Assembly (NCBI GenBank): GCA_004431415.1
Contig: QPMI01000445.1
Location: 62,001-126,000, forward strand
Length of the DNA stretch: 64,000 nt
Direction of reading: 5' to 3'
DNA from: Cyanophora paradoxa CCMP329
Lineage: Eukaryota > Plantae > Glaucophyta
The position numbers and the translations under genes are program-made. A model generated the notes under the pieces. The model was not told the origin of the DNA. It was given only the letters and a program-made list of their open reading frames with translations, and ran no database searches. Shown piece after piece: positions 1 through 12,425 of this stretch; position 1 is the first letter of the stretch; the number at the start of each line of letters is the position of its first letter.

Positions 1-3
1 CGG

Positions 4-777
4 TCAGGGCTCGGCTCGAATTCTGTGTACGTATACGCGGAATCCTATGTGGCAGACGCGCGCGCGCGCGCGCGCGGCCGGCGCCGGCCGCGGCTTTGCG
101 CTAAGAGAACGGGGATTCCGATCTGGCCCGGCGGGGAGCGCGGGCGCACGGCGGGGAGCGCGGGGGCAGCGCCCGGGGCGGCGGCGGACCTGCAGAGGCG
201 TCTTGAAGCCCATCTTGTCGACGCGTACGCGCGTGTGTGCACGTGCGGGTGCTTCGCGCAAGAAGCACGTGCTAGCTGGGATGGCGATGCTGGAACTTAA
301 CTTCGCTGCTGCTGCTCTCCCGAAGGATGGCGAGCGAATGTCGGAATGAGCGATGGCGTGCGCCGTGCACCGTTTTTGAAGGCGATGGCGATGGCGCGAT
401 CGGTCTCCCGCGTCAATAGCGCAAGAGCGGTTGTGACGCGTGACGCCTTGATCATGCAGCCTGCAGCAGCTGCAAACGGAGGTTGACACCTCCGCGTCAA
501 GCTGTATGGCGCAAATGGGAACCGTTAGAAACCACCTGGGCTCCGGGTGAGTCACGCGATGGTTCGAAGACGCTTCGTCCGACTCGGCGCTCGAATTCCG
601 CCGGCGCCGCTTTTGAGCGCTAGCACTGATCACGCCAGCGGGGTAAGTCGGCGCCGGTCCGGCGCCGCTTGCGCCATCGCTTGCGTGCGATCTGAGCCGA
701 TCTCCTAGGTCACCGGATTGCTGTCCGGGATGATGCTGGATCTCTAGGTCCCGTGCGCGCCGCTTGGGTGCCGCCAA
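4..777 (-). CDS. possible hypothetical protein (structure unresolved)
   Basis: ORF with a KRRRR basic patch and intron-like GC-rich segments; no recognisable family and no clear start codon. Confidence 0.2.
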   Translation of the reverse strand: MAAPKRRARDLEIQHHPGQQSGDLGDRLRSHASDGASGAGPAPTYPAGVISASAQKRRRRNSSAESDEASSNHRVTHPEPRWFLTVPICAIQLDAEVSTSVCSCCRLHDQGVTRHNRSCAIDAGDRSRHRHRLQKRCTAHAIAHSDIRSPSFGRAAAAKLSSSIAIPASTCFLREAPARAHTRVRVDKMGFKTPLQVRRRPGRCPRAPRRAPALPAGPDRNPRSLSAKPRPAPAARARARVCHIGFRVYVHRIRAEP

Positions 778-1403
778 GCAGCGCGTGATGCGATTGATTG
801 CTAGGTCGACCCTGTTTGCAGGTCGGCTTCAGTTTCATCTGATCATGATGATCCGAGCGCCTGAGTGCTGCGCCTCACTCCGTGCTGGATTTAAAGCGCC
901 CCAGGGCCCGCGCGCGCGCCCGCCGCCGGCCCCCGCGCGCCGCGCGCGCCTTGTCAAGCTGTGCCCTAGCCTAGTACGTATACGTAGACTTCACTGCAGC
1001 TGACGGCGGCCCAGGCGTCGGCTGGCGGCGGTTATAGCTATATATATAGCTAGGCCTAGGCTTCATGATCGCCCCCGGACCGCCGCCCCGCGCGCCGGCG
1101 CGCGCGCGCGGCGCCTCGCGGCCGCCGGGCGGCCCGGCTCGGCGAGGGCCGGGCGCCGGCGGCCCAGCCTGGCGGATCCGGAGGCGCCGGCTCCACAGCC
1201 TCCCCCGGGCTGCAGCTAGCATCCGTTTGAACTAGCAACTGCAGCTAGCTGCAGCGTGACATGTCGCAAGGTGGCAATCCCAAGAAACGGCCACGGCTAC
1301 TACAGCCGCATCCCATAGTAGAACTAGGCAAGGGCTAGGCAGGGGCTCCGCGGCGGAAGCGCGGGGCCTCGTGGGGCCGGCGGCGGGGCCGGGGCGGCTG
1401 GCG

Positions 1404-3126
1404 CTACGGGCTGATGGCGTTCTCCTCGACGGCGCAGGCCGCGCAGTCCGCCTCCACCCGCAGCGCGCACCTGCCGCCCGCCCGCCCGCCGCCTGAGGCC
1501 GGCAGAGAAGGGGGCGGCCGTTGGGCGGGGCGCGCCCGCTGAAGGGCGGGAGCTCGGCGTCGTGGGGCCGCGCGCGGGGCGACGAGGGGCCGCCGACGGG
1601 GGCGCGGGGCCCCAGGCGGAAGAGCCGGTTGCGGGCGACGGCGCCCCCGGCGCGGTCGTGCACGTACACGCCGCAGCGCTGCGCAACCCCGCGCGGCGCC
1701 GCGTCGGCGGCCGGGGCGGCCTCGGGATGGGCCGGAAGGAGCGCGGGCGGGGCGGGCCTGGTCGTGGAGGGCGTTGGCGAGGAAGGCGGCGCGGGTGCCC
1801 TCGCCGCGGGCCTCGAGGGCGGCGCGCCCGCAGCCGAAGAGCTCGCACGCCTCCACCAACGCCCCCGCCCCCTCGTGCACCAGCACGCCCACCTGCGCCA
1901 CCCGTCGCCCGGCGCGCTGCCCCGGGCGGGGCGGGCGGGGCGGGGCGGGCCTGGGCGCCGTCGTGGATGGCGCAGTGGCGGACGGAGGCGTCGCAGCCGG
2001 CGCCCCGAACCTCCACGCACGCCAGCCCCGCGCTCGTCACTGCCGCCCGCAGGTGAGACGACGCCGCGCGCCCGGCCGGGCTCGGGCCGCACCGTCGCAG
2101 TCCTCGATGCGGGCCCGGCTCCCGTCGGTGATGTACACCGCAGGCGCGCTTGCGCTCCGCCCGCGGATAGTGATGCCTGCGCGCGCGATGCATCAGCGGC
2201 GGGGCGCGCGGCGGGGCGAGGAGCGCGCGCGCGCGCCGCGGACGAGGGGCGCGGCGGGGCCGGCGCAGTGGACGGGGTTGTCGTGCCCGCACTCGACCAC
2301 GACGGCGCGCGACCCGACGAGGAAGACGTCCTTGTCGACCAGGACGACCTCTTCGTACCTGCGCGCGGCGCGGGCAGCGGGCACGCGCGAGGAGACGGCG
2401 GGCGCGCGGCTGCGGACCTCCCCGGCGCGACGAAGATCACCTGCCCTGGAGCGGCTGCGGCTACGGCGTCTGAAATGCGCTGGTATGCTGTCCGAGGTCC
2501 TGTCGGATCGACGAGCAGCGGACCCTGCGGAGGGCAAATTAGGAGCGTTTCTGGTTGCCCTTTCGCGCACGCACATCGGCAGGGGTTGGGAGCTCGGTGC
2601 AGACAAGCGCCCTGAAGACTGCAGACATCCACCGCTCCGCTGCTGGCCGCGGGTCGCGCAGAATGGGCACGCGCGGCGCCGGCGGCGCCGGCGGAGCAAC
2701 TGCTTGCAGTTGGCGTTCTGCGTCGGACACCGCGGCCGATATCTCGATGCGCTCCTCCTCAAGGGGATGCCGAACCTGCTACTCGGTTGCAGAGCTCAGC
2801 GACGGAAAGCGAGCACAACAGCCGAGAGCATTGAGCGAGTACGCGAGAGCCACGGCGCGCACGGTGCTGGGCATCTGTGGCAAATGAGGAGACTGCGTTG
2901 CAGGAGCCGCGTTTGGCTGCGGATCAGCATGCGGCCGGCTGCCAGCGACCCCGAGGACGACCTGAGGAAACAGTCTCAGCGGCGCCGGCGGCCCTCTATA
3001 CGAAACGTGACGGACCGGAGGCATTTGCTCTGGATGCTGGCGGGGCGAGAGGGAGTAAGGCAGTGACCAGGGAGTAACCTGGGAAGGCTGGGATTGCAAG
3101 GGGGATACCGCAAAACGCAGCAGCAC
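1404..3126 (-). CDS. right-handed parallel beta-helix protein (FBXO11/NosD/pectate-lyase-like), spliced; 5' end uncertain
   Basis: Spliced exons give AYQRISDAVAAAAPGQVIFVAPG-RYEEVVLVDKDVFLVG, then repeats such as AVYITDGSRARIEDCD, CVEVRGAGCDASVRHCAIHDG, GVLVHEGAGALVEACELFG, GVYVHDRAGGAVARNRL. Confidence 0.75.
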
Positions 3127-3342
3127 GAGCGCGGAGCTCAGCGTGGCACACGGGGCCGTCAGGAGAAGGCGCCGATCTTACATACGAGGCGCCGCCGACT
3201 GTCCGGTGCAGCGTCGACTTCTCGGAGGGTGTGAAGCCGCGATTGTGTTTTTAATTCGTGCTCGAACCGCGTGACCGCGTGATAGCTAGCACCGACCTGC
3301 ATCCTGTAGGAGCAGCGAGCGGGCGTATCTCTTCAGCACGCC

Positions 3343-5945
3343 ATGCGATCCGACGTGGCCGCCGGCGCCGCTGGGGCGCTGGCCGCGGCCGTGGCGGCGG
3401 CGGCTGTCTGGTGGCGGGTGCGCACGTACGCGGCTCGCGCGACCGCCGCGGGGAACGCGTGATGAGGCGGCCTCTCGATCCGACGGCCGGCGCTGCGGTC
3501 TGACGCGGGGACGCGAGCAGAACAAAATCGAGAGGGTGAGGGACCGGAAGTCCGACGGCACGCCGATGCCGGGCCCGAAGCCGACCCTCTTCCTCGGGAA
3601 CCTCCCGACGTGAGCTGCGCCTCGCGCCTCCGAGCCGCGGAGGCGCATTCGAGCCCGGCCCGCCGCGCAGGTTGATGAAGGGAACCGGGACGGTGAGCGT
3701 GATGGCCCCCGAGTGGCGGCGGGAGCACGGCGACATCGTGCAGCTGCTGCTCTTCGGCATGCCCGTCGTCCTCGTCCTCGAGCACGAGCTCGCCCGCAAA
3801 GTCCTCAACACCCCCGAGCGGCCCGTGCGCGCCCGCCCCCGGCCCCGGCGTCGGCCCCCGCGCCCCGCCGAGCCCGAGGCGCCGCGCCCTCTCAGGTGGC
3901 GCCCATCACGACGCTTGCGAGCTGGGGCGGCCGCGGCATCATCTTCTCCGAGGCGCGCCGCGCCGGCCGCCCGCGCGCCGGCCGCCCGCCCGGGGTGAGC
4001 GGGTGCGGGCGGGGGCGCAGGGAGACTTCCAGCGGCGGCACCGGCGGTTCGTGGTGGGCATCATGGGCGAGCGCCTCTACCGCGCCGTCGCCGAGGCCTC
4101 CCTCCACTACGCCCAGCGCGACCTCTTCCCCGCCTTCGACGCGCGTACCCCCCTCCCGGCGGTTCCCCCCTCCCCAACCGGTCCGAGCCCCCTCTGCAGG
4201 CCGCGTGCGAGTCCGGCGCCGAGATCGACCCGCGCGTACCCCTCACGACCCTCACCGCCTGCGTCCTCATGAAGGTGCAACGCGCGCGTACCCCCCTCGA
4301 GCCCCATCGCCCGGGGTCCCCTCCGGCGCCTCACGCGGCCACAGACGTGCTTCTCCGTCGACCTCCTCCGTGCGCGCGTACCCTCGAGAGAGGCCACGAA
4401 GCTCTACCCCCCGCGTTGATCCCCGGGCCCCTGTACCCCCTGCAGCCGGCTCCGTCCTCCCCGGCGGCATTACCGCCGAGCGCTTCGGCGAGGCCTTCGC
4501 CGAGGTACCCCCCTCCCTCCCCCGCAGCCGCCGCGCCGCCGTACCCCCCTCGAGCCCGCCGTACCCCTTCCGCAGCTGCTGGACTGGGTCGGCCAGTACT
4601 TCAAGGCGCGCAGTACCCCACCTTACCCCGCACCCGCGCCTCACGTACCCCTCCCCTCTCCCCCCTCAGATCCCTTTCCAGTTCTGGAAGGTCTTCCGGC
4701 CCCCCGGGGTGCGCCCCCCGCCCCCCTCCCCGGCACGCGCCTCGGGGCCGAGGCGGGGCGGGGGCGCAGTTCCGGGTGCTGGAGCGGGCGATGGCGGACG
4801 TGGCGGCGTGCGAGCGCGCCGTCCTCGCCGACCGCCTCGCCGCCCGCGCGTGCGCCCCGCCCCGCGCCCCGCCCCGCCCCGCCCGGCCCGGCCCGGCTCG
4901 AGGGGCGGGGGCAGGGCGGGGGCGGGGCGGCAGGAGGACTTCGTGGACGCCCTCCTGGACGCCTTCGAGGCCCGCCCGCCCCTCTCCACCCCCTCCTCCC
5001 CGGCTGAGGCGGGCGGGCGGGGCAGGGGGAGCCCGGGCTGAGCCTGGAGGACCTCCGCGTCGACGTCCACGACCTCCTCATGGCCGGGCCCGCCCGTACC
5101 CCCCGCCTCCCGCTAGCCCGCGTACCCCGGGCTCACGCGCCCGGGACGCAGGCACGACACGACGCGGAGCGCGCTGGCATTCACGCTGGCGCTGCTCGCG
5201 CGGTGGCCCGCGGCGCAGGCGGAGCTGCGCGGCGAGGTCGACGGGGCGCTGGGCGGCCGGCCGCCCTCGTTCGAGGGGCAGCGCGCCCTGGCCCTGCTCG
5301 AGTGCGCGATGAAGGAGACGCTGCGCCTCTACCCCGCCGCCCCCAGCGTCTTCCGCGTCGCACCCCCGGGCGGCATGCGCCTCGGCGAGTACACACTCCC
5401 CGAGGGCGTGCGCCCGCGCCCCGCCCCGCCCCGCCCCGCCCCGCCGGCGCCCCCGCCGCCTCGGCCTGAGCGGGCGGGCGGGCGGGCGGGGGCCGGCAGC
5501 GCTGGCTGCAGGTGAGCCTGCACCAGCTGCACCGGGACCCGGCGGTCTTCCCCGAGCCGGCGCGCTACGACCCGCGCCGCTTTCTGGGCCCCGACGAGGC
5601 CCGCGACCGCGCCTGGATGCCCTTCGGGCCCGCCCCCGCCCCCGCCCCCGCCCCGCCGCGGGCCCTCGGGAAGCTGACGCGGGGGCGGGGCGGGGCAGGG
5701 GCGGGCCGCGGCTGTGCGCGGGGAAGGCCTTCTCGGCCCACGAGTTCCGCACCGTCCTCGCCTGCCTCCTCCAGGCCCGCCCCGCACCCCCGCCCCCGCC
5801 CCCCAGCTGCCCGCCCCCTGACCCCCGAGCGCAGCGGTACGAGGTGCTCCCGGCGGGGGCGGGGGCGGCCCCGCCCGAGCCGCTCTTCGGGACGACCCTG
5901 CACCCCCGCGCCGACGTCGCCGTCCGCCTCCGCCGCCGCCAGTAG
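3343..5945 (+). CDS. cytochrome P450, ~17 exons
   Basis: N-terminal hydrophobic anchor; PGPKPTLFLGNL hinge; I-helix AGHDTT; ETLR (ExxR); FPEPARYDPRRF; heme motif FGGGPRLCAG after splicing; stop TAG at 5943-5945. Confidence 0.95.
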
Positions 5946-6103
5946 CACAGCCCGCCCGCGCCCGTCGATCCGGCTCGCGAGCGACCCGGAAGTCCCCTTT
6001 CTGCCCTTGATCCCCTCCCCCCGGCCCTCCCCTCGATTCCCTCCGCTGCTGCCCGATCGATATATATATATATCGAGATCACGATCAATTAATTGTAAAA
6101 GCG

Positions 6104-6952
6104 TCAGGATCCGGGCGCGAGCTCGCTGACGGAGTCGTAGAACTCGAGGGCGAGGAAGAGGACGCCGACGACGGTGACCACGACCTGCGCCGCCCGCGGG
6201 CCGATCAGAGGCGCCCGGGCGCGCGCCGGGGGGCATGCGCACCCTGAGCAGCCGCAGCTCGGTCGCGATCTCCTTCAAACCGGCTTTGATCTCCTCCGCG
6301 CCGTCGGCCTGAGTGACGGCCGAGGCCGCGGCCGTCCACTCCTCGTCACCCGAGCCCGAGCTCGAGGGCCCGGGGGCAGCGTCTCTCCGTTTGCGCTCAA
6401 GGGTGTCGAGGGCCTTGAAGGGGGGCGCCCAAGCGCGCGCCGGTGTGAGAGCGCCGGAGGCTCCGGCCCGCGCGCAGGACCAGCACACCTGGTTGCGCTC
6501 GAACGTTAACGGATCGTTGGAAGCCTCGAAGCGCCTAGCGATGACCGTCTCATCTGCGGACGTGCTTGTTGATCTTAAAGGCCTAGGGCTTTTAGCTGCA
6601 GGCACCTTCGTCCGCCGGCGTTTGCTCGCTCTTCAGAGTGAACGCGTACGAGGTCGCGGGCGAGGAGCGCCGCCGTCTCGAAGCAGAGAGGCGCTTCCTC
6701 GCTTGAGCCAGCGCCGGTGTACGTATACATGTTGGCGTACGCGCGAGCGAAACGTGTGGCGGCGGATCGGCGGCGGACGCGGCGCGGAATCCAGCTCCAG
6801 AAGCGCTCAGAGGCGCCAGAAAAGCCATGTGTTGTTCTTTCGCCCTGCGGACGCGCGGAATGCGCGTTAGGAAACTCGATCGGGCAGTTACATGAACAGC
6901 AGTGGCCATATGCATGGCGGCACGCCACGCACCGAGGCGTACGCATTTGCAT
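6104..6952 (-). CDS. hypothetical protein with a short coiled coil and C-terminal TM helix; start uncertain
   Basis: AEEIKAGLKEIATELRLLR, an intron, then VVVTVVGVLFLALEFYDSVSELAPGS-stop. Confidence 0.45.
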
Positions 6953-7238
6953 TCTCCTTGCGGTACCGGTAAGCCTGGATTGCAGATTCCGCTGCCGCGA
7001 CGCTGCCAGCGACGGGTACGTACATCGACGTCCGCGCCCCGGCCGGGCGCCGCGGCGTTCCAGCTAGCGCTGCCCCCTTCTGCCCCGCCCGAAAGAACGC
7101 GTGCGAGCCTTAATTCTGACTCACAAGCCAAGGCGCACGCGACTTCAGCGTGTCCAATCCGACGGCCGCGGAGGCGCTCGTTAACGTTCACGCGCGCCGG
7201 CGCCGTGTGCGCAGGACTTGCATGCGCTAGCGCTGTGC

Positions 7239-9208
7239 TCACAGGGGCGCGGGGGCGGGAGCGGGGGGGCGGGCGGGGAGCTCGATGACGGCGGGGACGG
7301 CGCGGAAGAGGGGCGCCCCCGGCTGCGTGTACGGCTCCCCCTCCCGCCCCGGCGCCCTCGCCTCCACCCCGAGCCCCGCCGCCACCTTCCGCACTCCTGC
7401 CGCCCCCGCCCCTCCGGGCCCCGGGGCCGGGGCCGGCGCCGGCGCCGGGGCGCCGCCGCCGAAGAGGGGCGCGGCGGAGGCGGCGACGGTGGGCATGGCG
7501 CTCGGGAGGGAGACGGGCGCCCCGGCCGCCGGCAGGCCCGCCCGCTGGCCATGCGGCCCCGCCTGCGTCTGCCGCACCGACGCCGCAGCGACCTGCGCGG
7601 GGCTCGCGAGGGGACGAGGGCGGCGGGCGGCGAGGGGCGGCGCACGGGCTGGGGCCCGCCGGGCGCCGCTCCGGGCCGCGTGAGCCCGCCGAGGACAGCG
7701 GAGACGGGCCCCGGCATCGCGTGCATCACGCCCGGCTGCGGGGGCACGTAGGGCGCCGGCTGCGCCTGCAGCCGCCGCCGCGCGTCAAAGGCCGGCAGGA
7801 GGGAAGGGGCCGCGGGCTTACCGGCAAGGCCGGGGATGTGGCGAAGCCTTGGGGAGCCGCGGCTATTGCTGGCGTCGCGGCGGGCCCCGCGGGGCCTTGG
7901 AAAGCGAACTGCGGCCGGGAGCCGGGGCCCGCGGGCGGCCCCTGCGGGAGCGAGACGGGGACAAGCGCCTGCTGCGGCTGCGTGGAGATCGCGCGCGGCT
8001 GCGTTGCCGCCGTCGCAGTCTGCTGCACCGGCGGCTGCGGCTGCATCGCCTGCGGGGGCCCCGCCGCTCCCGGCCCGGCCCGCTGGGCTGCCCCGCCCCC
8101 GCCTTCATCGTCCGTCCCGCCTCCGGTGCTGTGCTTCCTCTTCCGCTGCTGCTTCACCTGCACCGGCGGAGCTGAGCTCGGGGCCGAGCCGCGCGGCGCG
8201 GGGCGGCGGGCGGGGCGCCTCGGGGTGCTGCGCGTAGAAAGTCTCCCGGTCCGCCTGCGCGGCCTCTTGCCACGGCTTCTTCTGCTCCGCGGTCATGTTG
8301 TTCCTGCGGCGACGCGCGATCGGCGGGCGCGCGGCTGAGATCGGCGCGGCGCGGCGCGGCGCGCCATTCCTCCTGAGCTGACTTCTGCGTTGCGCCCTCC
8401 TCCTTGCGGCACCGAATGTACCGGGTGTTCGCCTGCCGCTGGAATGAGGCGGCGCCAGGGCGGCGGCGTCGCTGGCGACGACGCCGCACGTTCGGCGGCC
8501 GAGTGAGCTCCTTCGGCTGTGCGAGGCCGTCAGGAGAGGGCGCGAGGCGCGGCGCTGAGGACGCGTTTGCACCTTCTTCGAGCGAGTCTTTGAGACGGTC
8601 CCCTGCACCGCTTCCCACAATCAGAGCTGCAATATGCAGGGAGCCTACCAACTTCGCGACTCTGCAGCTGTATGCCGCGAGCCGCACCGGCGTCCCGCTC
8701 CCGCCCGACTCGTGCAGGAGCTTTTGAGCGGAAGCAAGCCCCTCCGCGGTCACGGGCTCGAACTCATCATCTTCCGAGTCCTCTCGTTTCTTCTTCTTCG
8801 GCCTGCAACGATGCGTACGCGGGAATCGTGGTCAGAGGCTTGACGTACGCGGGCGCGCACGCCCGGCGGCGAGCCTCAAAACAGAGCGCGCGAGTGAGAG
8901 CGCTCAGAGAGGGTTGCGGGCGAAGCAGGAGACGCGGCGCGCTCCGGCGCGTTCAAGACCAGGAGCGAACGGACCTCGGCTTCTTCTTCGGCGTGCCCTT
9001 CTTGCCCTGCGCATTCCGCAACAAAAGCGCGGGCAAGTAAGAGACATATGGCGCGAATTGAGGGCGTGGGGATGGGAGCGACCTTCTCATCTTCGTCGGT
9101 CGCAGCGCCGAGCTCGTCCTCAAGCTTGTTCATCGCTTCATCGATGTCCAGTTCATCCTTGGAGCGCCGGACCCCCTTCTTCTCGCGCCCGGAGCGCCGG
9201 ACCTCCAT
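7239..9208 (-). CDS. HMG-box-like nuclear protein with Pro/Ala/Gln-rich tail
   Basis: Spliced segment ...GATQKSAQEEW-NNMTAEQKKPWQEAAQADRETFYAQHP matches HMG-box helices 2-3; NLS-like PKKKKR and QRKRK. Confidence 0.7.
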
Positions 9209-9368
9209 TGCTTTCTGTCGCGAACGTAGCGAATTCCGTACCCCGTTTCGCCGCTTTGAATTGAAGTTCGGCCTCGGCCAGCTGCAGCGTTGGCGAGCGG
9301 CGGGCGCGTGGAGTTGGTCTGGAAACGATAGTTTGCTCAGTTTGCGGGGCGTGGAGTTTGCAGAAACT

Positions 9369-11168
9369 ATGGCCAGCGATTTTGAAGCGGCGGTGAAGGA
9401 GGAGCCGACAGACGGTGAGCGACGCGATGTGTGCGGCTTTCTGCCGCGTGGACTGATCGGATGCGCAGCCGAGAGTCCTCCTCAACTCGCCGCTCCGGCC
9501 AGCGAGAGCGGGGACGACGTTGCCGCCCAGACGGACGCTCCGCGCCCCAAGCAGTCCCGTTGGACGGACAAGGAGCGGGATGAGCTGCTACAGTATGCGC
9601 TGGCGGAGGCCGGGGACGGGGAGCCATCGTCGTGGCCGGCCTTTTGGCAGGCAGCCGAGGCGCGTTATCTCCGCCACACGTACGCCCCGCACTTCCGCGC
9701 GTTGAACGACGCGTGCGGGCGCAGGGAGTTTGCTGCATAGCGAATAAGCGGACGGCCGCGGCAATGCACAGCCAGTTCAGCCAATACAGACAGCACGAGT
9801 ACCTTCAAAAATTGAAAGACAGAAACGTGCTCACAATCCAGTACGGCGGCGGTAAGCCTGGCGCTCCGCCGAGGCGATCGGTCAAGGCACCGAGCCAGCC
9901 GAACAAGGGCGCCTCGCCGGCGAAGCCCCGCCAGAGCGTCAGCTCGGTCGCCGCAAAACGCCCCCGCCCCGCGGAGGGTGAGCGGGCCCCGCCCCGCTGC
10001 GCTGCGCCGGCGCCCGCTCAGGCGGGCGGCAGAGCTGAACGAGGACGACGGGGCTTCGGAGGACTCCGAGAGCGACGAGTCGCTGGACGTCGACGCGGGG
10101 ATCCCGCCGGCGCGCGCCCCGCCGGCGCAGCGGCTCGTGACGCACCTCCCGGCCGACGCCGCGTTCCCTCTGCCCAACGCCGGGCCCCTCTTCAGCGTCG
10201 GACACGCCCCCCGTGCGCCCGCCCCGCCCGAAGGGAGCGCCGGCGCCCCTCGTCTCACAACCGCCGCGAAGACGCGCACCGGCCCGCCGTGCGGCCCATC
10301 GCGCCCAAGCTGCCGGGCCCCGCTCCCTCGGCCTCGGGCGGTCCGCCTGCCCGGCCCTGCGCCCTCCCGTGCCCGCAGGCGCTGACGCCGCGGGCAGGGA
10401 ACCACGCCCAGCGCCCCTCCCACCCTTCAGGCAGCGGCAGCTCCGGCCACGCGCGCAAGTGCGCCCTCCCGCGCCCTCTTCCAGCCGCGCCGGCTGGCCC
10501 CGAGGCCTGCGGCAGGGTGGCGGCGCCGGCCGCGCCGGTGCCGGTCCAGGCGCCGAGCCAAATCGTGCACGTCGTCTCCAACCCGCCCTGCCTGCCCATC
10601 CCGTGCGCGCCGCGCCGAGCGTGCGCGTCCCTCCCGCAGCCGACGGCGGCGCGCAGGATGGCGCTGCCGCAGGCGGCGCAGCTGCCGGCGCCGCTGCCGG
10701 CGCCGCTGCCGCCGTCGGCGCCGGTCGCGGTGAACGTGGGCTGGATCGAGCACCTGCCGGAGCCGGAGAACCTGGTGCCGGGGCGGCCGGCGGCGGAGCA
10801 GGTGCTGGGCCGCAAGCGGAAGAAGCTGCTGGTGCAGGCGGGCCTGCCGGAGATGCTGCGGTACGCGGCGGCGAGCCTCGGCTTCCAGGGGCAGCCGCAC
10901 GCCTTCGTCGCCCGCAGCGACCTCGCCGAGGTGGCCCCCGCCCCCGCCCCCGCCCCGCCCCGCCCTTCGCCCCCTCACGCCCCCCCGCCAGGTCGACATG
11001 GCGCTCATCGCGTCGGGCTCCCCCGCCGCCCAGGAGCTCTACCTCGTCTCGTGCGCCCCGCCCGCCCGGCGCGCCGCGCAGGGCCCCGCCCGGCCCCCGA
11101 CGCCGCCCGGCCCCGCCCCGTGCAGGTCCGCCCAGCTCGACATCATCGAGCGCTACCCCGTCAACTAG
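9369..11168 (+). CDS. Myb/SANT-like domain protein with C-terminal KHA/ubiquitin-like domain
   Basis: SRWTDKERDELLQYAL...SSWPAFW...NKRTAAAMHSQF is Myb-like; C-terminal KKLLVQAGLPEMLRYAAASLGF...SDLAEVDMALIASG...ELYLVS. Confidence 0.6.
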
Positions 11169-11293
11169 GGGCCCGGCACCTCCCCGCGAATTCGAACCTC
11201 CGGCGGACCGGATTTCTAACCGATCTGTACCACTGTAACTCTTTATATTTACAATGAGAGATTCCCGCGCCACGGGCGCTAGCGCGCCGACGC

Positions 11294-12272
11294 CTAGAGC
11301 TTGGCCGCGCCGACGGCCCTGCCGCCCTGGTCGGCGCCCTTCGCCGCGTCCTCCCCCTCGCTCTCCTCGCTGGAAGAGAGGACGGCGGCGCCGCCGCCGG
11401 CGGCCTTGGCGCGCTCGACGGCGCGCGCGTGCTTCTTCTTCCAGTCCAGCAGCTTCTTGAACTCGTCGTAGTGCTGCTTCCTGTGCGTCTTGAACTCCTT
11501 CTCGTGCTCCGCTGCTCGGCGCGCGGTCAGCCGCCTGCGGGCCCGGTGGCGCCGGCATCTTTCCCCGCGCTGCGCGCACGCGAGTGCTTGTGGTCCTCCT
11601 CATCGTCGTCGTCGCCCGGCGCAGAGTCGCGGTCCATGCTGTCCCGGCTGCTGCGCCGCCCCGCCCCAGCCGCCACCCGCCGCGAGGACGAGGCCTCGCC
11701 GCCCGAATCCTCCTCCCACTCGCTGATTCCGGCCTTCTTCCCCCTCGCTTCCGCCTTCCCGACGGCTTCGTGCAGCGCGTCGAAGCTGGGAGGAGGGTTA
11801 GCCCTGTGCACGTCGCGCGAAGCGCGAAGGAAGCTCCGCACAGCTTCGCGTTCGCAGATTCAGCGGCCTCGCGCGGTGACCGCGGCGAGTGCTGGTGTTC
11901 GTCGTCGGCGGGATGGTCCGCATGATGCTGCGAGTCGATCTGCATCCCGTCTGCGCGCGCGTCAGCGACTCCCGCGCGTGCGCGAGCTCCGGCACGCCCA
12001 CCGATCCCTTCGTCGTCGAGCGGTCGCGTGCCGTCGAGGGTGTGGAACGGCGTCTTTGGCTCGTCGATCTTCGCGTACTGGCCGCGCTCAAGGTCGTGCG
12101 CAGCGATTGTCTCCTCGTCCCACACGAGGCCCTTGCGCGGACGCCTGCGAGCGCGTAAGGGCGGAGCGCATGCGGCGTGGGCCTCATCTTCCGGAATAAG
12201 GATGTATGCTCACTTGGCTGCGACGTCCGAGGTGCTGTGCTTGAGGATCGGCCTTACCGCGCCGTGGTCCAT
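11294..12272 (-). CDS. PPP1R2: protein phosphatase 1 inhibitor-2 (IPP-2/Glc8 family)
   Basis: RPILK motif; KGLVWDE (RVxF-like); KIDEPKTPF; EFKTHRKQHYDEF. Confidence 0.93.
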
Positions 12273-12425
12273 CGACTGGCTACGAGAGAGCGTTTTCGCC
12301 TGCTCTGCGGGCATTGATGCCGGTCTTGGGAAATGCACATGGTGCTCGGAGCTCGCGCTGCTGCCGTGCGCGCTTGTTTCCATTTCGGCCCCGGGTACGT
12401 GCAGTTCTACTCGTTCACAGCGACC

